The position numbers and the translations under genes were made by a program. The notes below the pieces were generated by a model. The model made no database searches. It was not told where the DNA came from and was given only the letters and a program-made list of their open reading frames with translations. This document shows, piece by piece, positions 55,203 through 64,000 of a stretch of DNA of 64,000 bases. The DNA comes from Eledone cirrhosa (lineage: Eukaryota): NCBI GenBank assembly GCA_964016885.1, contig OZ024741.1, positions 44,640,001 through 44,704,000 on the forward strand, read 5' to 3'. Position 1 is the stretch's first letter, and each line of letters starts with the position of its first letter.

Positions 55203-57530
55203 TTAAACCTTATTTAATGTTGGTCTATATTTTTGAATAAACATATTTTCCTAATTTATTCGCATTTGTTCTGTTGTATTGTTAGCGCAAAGGTAAAATG
55301 GGAAGACTTGGAATTTGGGTGTCTTATTACTTGCGCAAATGTCTAGATGTGCACTTAGTGGTATCTGTCTCGTGGTTGGATCTCATAATTGTTGGCGATG
55401 AACTGTCATTCTGTTTCTGAGTGTGAATTTAGTTTGTCCTATATAATCTTCATTGCATCCTTTACATTTAATGGCATAAATTAGATTTTTTGATGAGCAA
55501 GTGAAGTGATTTTTTACAGTAAAATTTTGTCCTGATTTAAATGTATACGTGTTGCCTTCAATGAGGTGAGTGCAGGTTCCACAATTAGAGCGACCACATT
55601 TTTTTATACTTGGTTGTGGGTTTGTGGTAGGTAATTTGGCATTGGTGAGTAATGTTTTCAGTGATTTTGGTTGTCTTTTGCTTTTGATTATTTTGTGTGT
55701 TTCAAGGGCTTTTTTCATTCTTGGGTTTTGTTTTAGTAGTGGGATGTTATTGTGAATAGTGTTGTAAGCTTCCGCATTTCTTGGGTTGTGTGTTGAGATA
55801 TATGATAGAATATTGGACGTACCTTGAATTTGTTTCTGGTTCCGTAATTCATCAATGCCTATTGCTTTAGCCCTTTCTATTCCATTATTTATTAGTAATA
55901 GTGGGTACTCTCTCTCAAGTAGAATTTCCTTTAATTCTTGAAGTCTTTTATTTCGCGTTTCATAATTGGAGACAATTGTGCAAATTCTTCTTGCTAGGTT
56001 AAAAGGAATGTTCGTCTTCGTGTGCTTTGGATGGTTGGAGGTGAATAGCAGATATTGTTTGGAATCTGTTGGTTTGTAGTGTATGTCAGTTTCGATATTT
56101 GTGTCTTTTTTTGTGATTAAGATGTTCAGAAATGGGAGTTGATCTTGGCTGTATTCCATTGTTTATTGGATGTGGTTATTGATGCCGTTTATTAAGTTTT
56201 TGAAATCCTTCAGTTGGTCGAGTGTGTGGGACCAAAGAATGAGGCAATCATCAAAGTAGCGTTTCCAATTCTCTGATAAATATTTGTGGAAGTTCAATCC
56301 GTATTTTGATTTGGACTGTTCATATATCTGGACTTCTAAGTATGCCATGACTAAGTTGGCATAAGTTGGAGCGGCTTTTGTGCCCATCGCAGTCCCCGAT
56401 ATTTGCTTGTAAGTATTGCCATCGAAATCAAAAAAGTTGTTCTGTAGGATGAATTTTAATCCCTCGGTGATGAAGCTTTTTTCTATTCTGTCAGGTATCT
56501 CATTGGGATATTTCTCTAGCCAGAATCCTATTGCTTCTAGTCCGTATTGGTGTGGGATCGTTGCGCAGAGATTCACTACATCGAAAGACACAATAATAGT
56601 GTCGTTGTTGACATGTTTGGGGAGGTGGTTTAAGAGGTCCAGATCGTCTCTTACAAGGCTTGGTATGTGTTTCAGTATTGGTTTCAGTAGTATGTCTATA
56701 AAGTTGCTCAATCTGTGTGTTTCACATTGTGGGCCCGCTACAATTGGTCTTAATTTAAGGTATGTAGGGTATTGTGTGTTCACGCAGGCTGAGGTGGATT
56801 TTTTACAGGCATCATTGATTATTTTACATTTGGGGATCTTCGGAAGTCCGTAAAGGTTGCTGGTTTTGTATTCAAAATTTGTTAAATAATCGCGTTCCTT
56901 TTTAGTTAGGTCTTCCTGGTATCGATAAATCAGTGTGTTTAATTTGGTCATTATTTTTGATTGCTGGTAGTTTTTTACTCTTTCATAGTAATTAGCATTT
57001 TGTAAGAGAGAGAACATAGAATTTTTATATTTTTCAGCCTCCATAATGACCACAGTACTTCCCTTGTCTGCTTCCTTAATAACAATGTCCGGATTGTTTT
57101 TTAGTTCATGGATAATCTCCCATTCCCTTCGACTTGTGTTGGGTTTGAGTTTAGGTTGCGGTAGTTCATGGTATGGGAAAGTAGCTATGTGGTCACAAAA
57201 TTTGTCCAGAACTCTGTTTCTACCTTTTGTTGGGTTGTAGCTGCTTTTATTCCGTACAATTGATTCGTCGTTATTCTCCTTGTCAAAGAATTCCTCTGTG
57301 AGACGTAATTTTCTACAGAAGTGTGAGATATCGTCATTTATCTCGTTGGGGTTAGGATATTGTGGTGTTGGTGTGAATTTCAGACCTTTGGAGAGAATTT
57401 TTACTTGTTGGGCTGAGAGGTTTGTATTTGAAATGTTAATTATTTTCGGTTTTTCAAAATCGGTTTGTGCCACCGGGTGTCGTGAGTCCTGTAGCCTTGG
57501 TCTAAAAAATGATTTTTCTGGAATGTTTTT
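55203..57530 (-). pseudogene. ORF2: PLE RT + zinc knuckle + GIY-YIG endonuclease, one frame with three in-frame stops
   Basis: IINISN..KGLKFTPTP, EADKGS, LYGLPKI, LRPIV, SFDVVNL, GTAMGTKAAPTYANL, WKRYFDD, CGRSNCGTC, LIYAIKCKGCNEDYIGQT. Stops at about 56163, 55383 and 55250; probable true end at 55203. Confidence 0.92.
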
Positions 57531-58642
57531 TCATTGGTATTATTATATCTAATGGTATTTCCCCTGTTGTTGTGTGGTCTTGTATAGAAGTTTCGGACGT
57601 ATTGAGGTTCGGTTTGTTGATAGTCCGGGTTGTAGATTTGGTTCCTTTGTGTGGGTTTGGATCTATGGTTTTGGAACAGGCTCTGTGTGGGCAGGGGTCT
57701 ACGGTTTTGGAATAGGTTTTGTGTGGGTTGTGATCTGCGGATCAGGTCCTGCCTTGTGTTCGGGGATCTTTGGTTTTTGTTAGTAGGGTTATAGTTTTGT
57801 CTATGGTTTCTGGGATTATCGTTATAGTTTTGCTGGGGGTATGTTGGACGTTTTGTTACTTTTTTTGTTATTTGTTGTGCATGTGGTGTGTGAGTTTTAG
57901 TTTGTTTTAAAAATGGGTTACCTGTATGTTGTTCATTTTTGAAGTCCATTTCGTAGTTGTTGAACCAGGTGGCGTTTTTTTCCCATCGCTGGAGGGATGT
58001 GAGTTCTTCATCCTCACAGTTTTCTTTCCAAAGTTTTAGGGTTTTTTTGTAGAGTAGGCCTTCAGAGTGCTTTGAGATTTCTGTGTCCATCTGTTGGTCG
58101 AGTGACTTGAATTTTTCTTCGTTGGAGTTGGCTCTTAATCGCAACAGTTCTATTTCTGTTTTAAATGTTTCCAATGCCGTCTTTTCCCTAAGTCTTTGTT
58201 GGTTTTCTGGTTCATTCGGGATGGGTTTTATTTGGAGTTTTTTGGGGAGGAAGATTGGGGTAGAGTTTAGCCACTTTTCATATATGTCTGCCTTGCCATT
58301 ATTTTTTAGGAGATTCCAAAGGGCGAATTTGCGGGCTGTGAGCTTTTGAGTCCATATGTTGATTAGGGTGTTTTTCACTGAGTGGACATCTCGTAGATTG
58401 GGTTCTAACGGTTGTTCAAGCTTTTGGAGCATTGCTGTTTCAATGGTTTCGATTAGCTTAGTTAATACTGGAGTAATATTGGTCTCTTGGGTATTTTCTG
58501 TTTCTTCGTGGGGTCCTTTTTTATAGATGTGTATTTGGTCCACTTTGTTGGTCAAAATTGAGAGTTTAGAGGAAATCTCTTTGAGTTCATTTAAGATGTC
58601 CTGGTTCAGTGAGTTGTTGTTTTGTTGAGACTTTGGTGGCAT
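57440..58642 (-). CDS. ORF1 of the Neptune-like PLE: 400 aa, helical/coiled-coil-like N-terminal two thirds, Q/N/R/P-rich basic tail
   Basis: Uninterrupted ATG-initiated ORF starting about 28 nt after the 5' pLTR. Confidence 0.8.
   Translation of the reverse strand: MPPKSQQNNNSLNQDILNELKEISSKLSILTNKVDQIHIYKKGPHEETENTQETNITPVLTKLIETIETAMLQKLEQPLEPNLRDVHSVKNTLINIWTQKLTARKFALWNLLKNNGKADIYEKWLNSTPIFLPKKLQIKPIPNEPENQQRLREKTALETFKTEIELLRLRANSNEEKFKSLDQQMDTEISKHSEGLLYKKTLKLWKENCEDEELTSLQRWEKNATWFNNYEMDFKNEQHTGNPFLKQTKTHTPHAQQITKKVTKRPTYPQQNYNDNPRNHRQNYNPTNKNQRSPNTRQDLIRRSQPTQNLFQNRRPLPTQSLFQNHRSKPTQRNQIYNPDYQQTEPQYVRNFYTRPHNNRGNTIRYNNTNEKTFQKNHFLDQGYRTHDTRWHKPILKNRK
57503..57509 (-). promoter_or_regulatory. 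Candidate -1 ribosomal frameshift slippery heptamer U_UUU_UUA
   Basis: CAT TTT TTA GAC in the ORF1 frame; the -1 frame is open into the RT. Confidence 0.65.
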
Positions 58643-58807
58643 TTTCGGTCTTCGTGTGGTGGGTATATATTAGAAAGTGAGGTTTTTTTTACAAAATGAA
58701 AAATAACCGAGGTGTCCTACACGAGTGGAAGTATAAAGAAAAAGGGATGAAATCGAAAATGCAACTGAAGTCTTATTTTTAAAAAAAATATATATATTTA
58801 TTTGGTT

Positions 58808-58845
58808 CCTTTACCGGTTTCGCAGTTCTTCTGCTTTTCAAAAGG
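58808..58845 (-). ncRNA. Minimal hammerhead, U3-A8 variant, in 5' pLTR
   Basis: Identical to 54132-54169. Confidence 0.8.
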
Positions 58846-59094
58846 TGAGTTGAGATGGAGGGTCTGTGGTTTTTCTCACATCAGGTTGGTCTCTAAATGT
58901 TACTTGTTTTATATGGAAAAAGTGGCTCGAAAACCAGGTTTTTCGAGAAGTAATTTGATTGGTTTGTCAATAATTATAATAAATTTCGCGCCAGTTCGCG
59001 TTACAAATAATGGAATAGAAAGGGGTAAAGCAATAGGCATTGATGAATTACGGAAACAGAAACAAATTCAAGGTACGTCCAATATTCTATCATA

Positions 59095-61790
59095 AGCACG
59101 TGGAAAAGTAAGAAGTCGGAGAATAGACCGTTAAAACATGTTTATTTAAAACAACACCTACGTACGTTTCGCCCAGTTGGGCTTTGCAAGGGCATACATA
59201 ACCAAAAGTGTTCCTTACATTGCTCGGAAAGTGTTTTTGGAGTTACGTTCACGTCAAGGTTCATTGCTCGCAAAAATAGCGTGTTGTGATTTTGCAGCAG
59301 ATCAAGGGAGGTAACTTTGACCGGTGTTAGGGCAGTCTTTCCCGGACAATTTTTATCCGTTACAATATGCGGTTACAACCTTACCATTGTCGATACGCAA
59401 AGGGTCATGTAACCAACGCTTATTTTGAGACGTTTGTTTTCCGCACCTGTTTGTCTAGGTCGTTTGAGGCTGTGTCTGGTATGCATGGTTAGTTTCCTGA
59501 GTGTTACTTTGCAGGGCCTGCCCGCCGGGGTGTTAAAACTTGTTGCAGGGAGATCCGGTGCACGGTTTCACTCCTCATCCTTAACCCATCTGAAGAAGGA
59601 TATTTTTAAGCGATGTATACAATCTATCGCTGTTTCAGCTCTGCTGTTGATGAGCTCGTGGGGTGCAGTTATGATGTGGTAGACCTCCATGAAGCAAAGA
59701 TCGCACTTCCTCTTGAAGTTGTACGGTGCAGCCCTGCCGACAATATCCCAGTGCGTGGAGAAGTTGATGTTTAAGTCCTTTAGTGATGTGATGTAGTCCC
59801 CGAGTGAAGTGGAGTGTCTTAATTTTTTATTTGTAAAAGAGTGGAGATGTGTTCGAAACCTAATTTTGAACGGGCCGGAGGTAGCCCCTATATAATGTTT
59901 AACGCTATTGTGGTTAGTTACAGTGCATCTATATATAACCCTATCAGTCAAGCAGTATCCTCTAACGGGACAGCGTCCTCTGTCGCGGCAGTTGCAATTT
60001 CTGTCGCGGTTCCATCCATTTCCCACGGTAAGGCTATCATTGTTGCTGCCTACGTGTTATCTGCGCTCCCGTAGCTGTCGTTAGCACCATTACAACCCAC
60101 AGCACGCGGGGTGGTGCGATTGTTATTCCGCACGTCATGTCCTGCATGTTCCCCAGTCTGTTTTGCGGTTATGCTGGTTGCGTCTGCGGAGGCCGTTGCC
60201 AGCACTAGTGGATACTGCTAGGCAGTTGTTAAGGCCGATATAGTTATTGTCAGGTGTAGGTGCGTCTGTGTCGAGGTGCTGTGTCTTGGTGATCTTACTG
60301 TGGTTCGTTGTTCCTATGATGTCTGCTAGGTTAGGAGTAGTAGAGAAGGATATTTTTATATTGTTCCTATTAAGAATTTTCCTATACCTATGATGGGCGG
60401 GAAGTTCTTCTCTAAGGCTTCGAAGAATATCCGGGGTATGTTGGAGGCCACACTCCGAGAGTAGGGGGGGGGGGCATAGGACGTTACGGTGGCGATTACG
60501 TGTCCTTGTACGTTTGCTATGGGTGGTTCCATCAAGGTGACCGTTCTTATGTATGTTAATGCGCTGTAGCCCGTTAGGTGCACCTTTCATTTTATGCTCG
60601 GGTGCACTCTTCTTCCCTCTTCCATGTTTATGTACAGGAAGATGTTGGTTGGATGGCGTTGGTAGTAGGCCGTCGCCTTTGATGATTTTGTAGTAGGGAA
60701 ATAGTTCGAGTAATCTACGGTGGTCACCGTCGTCGGGGTCGTGATCTTTAGTGCGATTATCTTTTCTATTATATCCGACTCCAACGAGGTCGCCGCGTGT
60801 TCGGTTATAGGTATGGCTTACTATAACGTTCGTTTTATGAGGGGGTGGTTTCTAGAGCTAGCGTTAGGGATGTAGGAAATTCCTCGGTTAAAGCCGGCTC
60901 TTATAAAGACCCTAGTGTAGTAATCTGCCTCTTCGTTGAAGATATCCTCATTGGCGGATAGCCTCGAGATTCTATGTGAGATACTATAGACTATGGAGTT
61001 GAGAGTCTGCTTAGGGTGGTTGGAGGCATAATTAATATAAGAGAGGCACTCTCCAGGCTTATGGTATGGCTTGTATAAGCCCGTACTCAACTCCAGAGTC
61101 ACGTCCAGGAAGTTGACAACCTTGTGGTTGAGGTCCATAGTTACGGATAGGCCGTATGACTTGAAGAACCTGTGTATATGTTTATTAAGGTTCTCTATCC
61201 TACGGGAGCTATGGTTCCTAACGGTAAACAGGGCGTCGTCCCTATATACACCTCCTTGTAGGGCCGGTATCTCGTCCCTAAGCTTATGTAGGAGGTATAT
61301 CCCGACCAGGTCAGTTGCTTGCGTCACTGGACCCCATCGTGACATCGAAGTTATCAGGACGGTTGGTTCTGGTCCAGTGGGAGCTTTCGAACTGGATAAT
61401 GGTTCTACGCGCTACTAGAACTATGTCTATTTCTTTTTTAGTGAGGCTAGTGTTAGATTTAGCTAAGATGAGTGCCTTATTTAAGAATATGGGGGATATA
61501 GAGGCGTAGTAACTATCTATGTCAAACTGGATGAACTTCAGGGTCGCTTTATCTGGCAACTCGGTGAACCAATTTATGACCTGGTCGGTACTGCCCCAGA
61601 GGCAGATCTTAGCCTTTCTATTAAGCTCCAGTAGTACTCTGTCGAGGATCACTTTACTAATCTTACCTATATCAGATGTAGAGGGGCATATTAGTCTAAT
61701 AGAGGGGCTTTCATTAAAGTTACATTTGTGATCCTTAAGAGAGAATCTAAGCGTCAGAGGGACGTACGGCTTAGTGTACTTTTCTATTTC
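59095..61790 (-). mobile_element. Hydra-like PLE, 5'-truncated, frameshifted
   Basis: FIQFDIDSYY, FDVTMGS, VYRDDAL, VNFLDVTL, SNHP, CNCRDRGRCP, VIYRC..HYIGATSGPFKIRF, CDLCFME. Confidence 0.9.
59154..59195 (-). ncRNA. Variant minimal hammerhead
   Basis: atgccc-TTGCAAA-gccca ac tgggc-GAAA-cgtacg-TA-ggtgt. Confidence 0.6.
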
Positions 61791-61859
61791 TCGACAGAAT
61801 ACTACTCGAGCTTAATAGAAAGGCTAATACCGACCAGGTCATAAATTGGTTCATAAATT

Positions 61860-63278
61860 GGTCAAGGTGAACGGCTACCTCTCGGAGTAGTTCGAAATCA
61901 CGCGGTCCATCCGACAAAGGTGCCCTCTCTCCTCCCTTCTGTATGTAATGACTCTAGAGCCACTGCTGCGGAAGTTGGAGTTGTTGCAGGGCATCCCGTT
62001 GGAACCGGGATTGCCGAAAGCGGTGTCGGTCTACGCCGATGAAGTAACAGTAATGGTGTCGACGGCCTCGTAAATGGGGGCGATCGGCATCTTACTGGAG
62101 GAGTACGAAAGGTTTACAGGGACTAAGCTGAACCGGGAAAAGTCAGTCGGTCTGCAACTCGGCACGTGGAGGGGCAAATCGATGCCCTCCGATGGCGTCG
62201 TCGGGCGCAAGACGGACGGCCCGGTGAAGTTGCTCGGGGTCTGGTTCGGACCAGAGCTCTAGGTGGAGAAGAACTGGGGTGAGGTAACGAACAGGGTGTT
62301 TGCACTGACCCAGAAGTGGGCCGAGTGTAAACTGTCCCTGAAAGGTCGGGCGGAGGTGGCGAACACTTATATAGCGTCCGTCATCTACTACCGCCTGACC
62401 GTCGTGCCTTGCCCAAGGGAAACGCTCGCCAAAATGGAGCGCGCACTCTTCCAATTCCTTTGGAAGAAGCGGGATCCTATGGTGAGGACATCCATCTGCT
62501 GTCAACAACCTTCGAAAGGAGGGCTAGGGATGCCGTGGCTGATGATGCGTAAACACGCATTAAGTGTGGGCAACCGAGTGTGCCCAGGCGCTCACGGCTC
62601 TCTGGCAGGCGGACCCGGCTGTCAGTGGAGAATCCACCTCGTCATTCTATAGAGGGCATTGCCGATCTCTGGGGCTATGTCGAACGACTGCTGTCACGGG
62701 TGGGACCGATCCGGTGACCACCGAGTCTATTGTAACGATCAACCGCCTCCTCTCTTCAAAAACAGAGAGGCGGTGTTTCTGTGCATAATAGCCATGGCGA
62801 AAGAGGTGGTATAGTGGACGCGTGTGAAAGGACTGAGGTCAGACACCTTTCTCTCTGGCCAACAACTGGTCCGTTTCTTCCGATATCATTTCGGAAGAAG
62901 GATCGGGATGGAGAGAGAGGTGCTGCACCCCAGCCGTTTCTATGAAAGACGGGTGAAAGTTGCGAGAATGGCCTGTGTGAATGGGCCTTCACTCTACATC
63001 AGACTGTAGGTGAGAAAGATGAAAGATCATGGGAGCACACTCTCTCTGTGCTCCTCAAGAGAAGGGTTGCACACTTTTTTCGGGGGGGTGTGCGACACCC
63101 CAATGCGCCCACTCCCTATTGAGGATTTTGTTTTTCAATTTATTTTTGTTATATTTTATATTTTAGATTTTTAGATTTTGTTATTGCCTCCTCCTTAGTG
63201 AGGATGCCTTTTTATGTAAAGTCCCCCCATTGTACTTGTCCCACTCTTTGATGCCCTGGTGGCAAATAAAAAGAAAGT
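61860..63278 (+). mobile_element. 5'-truncated Tx1/L1-like LINE
   Basis: VKVNGYLS..TRSIRQRCPLSSLLYVMTLEPLL, VYADEV, LNREKS, KLLGVWF, LSLKGRAEV, KGGLGMP; AATAAA near the 3' end before (TA)n. Confidence 0.88.
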
Positions 63279-63288
63279 TATATATATG

Positions 63289-63383
<95 letters not shown>

Positions 63384-63461
63384 TATTAGTTTAAATATTG
63401 ATGCAATTCAATTCAAGCACTCAACGTACTTTTTCCACATAGGAGTGACGGAGTAAATATC

Positions 63462-63515
63462 GAATAAGTAAAAGCGAAGTAGTTTCAGATGAAACTACTT
63501 CGCTTTTACTTATTC
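63462..63515. repeat. Perfect 26-bp hairpin
   Basis: gaataagtaaaagcgaagtagtttca-ga-tgaaactacttcgcttttacttattc. Confidence 0.9.
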
Positions 63516-63552
63516 TATATATATATATATATATATATACATATATATATGT

Positions 63553-63673
<121 letters not shown>

Positions 63674-63704
63674 AAAGAATAGAGGTGTAACACACAAGTT
63701 ATTA

Positions 63705-63900
63705 TATATTGGTAAACGGAATAGAAAATGCTGACAAATTGTTCACAGTTGAAACATGGTTTAATTGGGAATAAAAGAGTATTAGTAATTGTATGTGTTA
63801 GTATTCAGTTGTGGTTTTAAGTTTTTAAGATTTTATCGGTTGCGCATTTCTAAATGCTTTTCAAAAATAATTTTGAGATAGAGTGTCCGTGTTGTTTGCT
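63705..63900 (-). mobile_element. Second copy of the 36871 pLTR-like repeat, variant hammerhead at 63831-63867
   Basis: Reverse complement of 36871-37062. Confidence 0.65.
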
Positions 63901-64000
63901 CTGATCTGATTAGTTTTGGGAATTCTACCTGTTATTGTGTTTACAAAGTGGCTCCAGCGCTACTTTGGTGTTGCAAAAACTCTTGTGGTCAAAACAATTT

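Larger units (their letters stand above)
53995..59005 (-). mobile_element. Near full-length Neptune-like PLE with two overlapping ORFs and direct pLTRs
   Basis: Direct repeats 53995-54326 and 58670-59005; ORF1, RT and GIY-YIG between; ends in (TA)n. Confidence 0.93.

Noticed and set aside
55383-55385. In-frame TGA as selenocysteine or readthrough
   Set aside because: The context HRQQL*DP fits a CGA-to-TGA change at an Arg position, and the other stops are TAA and TAG.
56416-58349. Plus-strand ORFs opposite the PLE
   Set aside because: Antisense shadows with no motifs.

Overview
AT-rich, microsatellite-dense eukaryotic non-coding DNA made almost entirely of nested retroelements. The SINE and repeat make-up suggests an octopus-like cephalopod, but that is inference. 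No intact host gene, rRNA, tRNA or CRISPR is supported. The window holds at least seven Penelope-like element (PLE) insertions of three types (Neptune-like, Poseidon-like, Hydra-like), with pseudo-LTRs (pLTRs) in tandem and inverted arrangements. It also contains one full-length but decayed CsRn1-type Ty3/gypsy element, R4/Dong-type, Tx1/L1-type and RTE-derived non-LTR elements, tRNA-derived SINEs and a Tc1/mariner remnant. Reading by eye finds about 20 hammerhead ribozyme (HHR) motifs, many with variant cores. The most notable signal is a near full-length Neptune-like PLE (53995-59005, minus strand) with a separate 400-aa ORF1 overlapping the RT/GIY-YIG ORF in the -1 frame. A U_UUU_UUA slippery heptamer and a downstream stem-loop sit at the junction, making it a candidate gag-pol-like programmed ribosomal frameshift. 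Also notable, many short fold-back palindromes turn around inside the hammerhead motif. All calls are manual and all coordinates are approximate.
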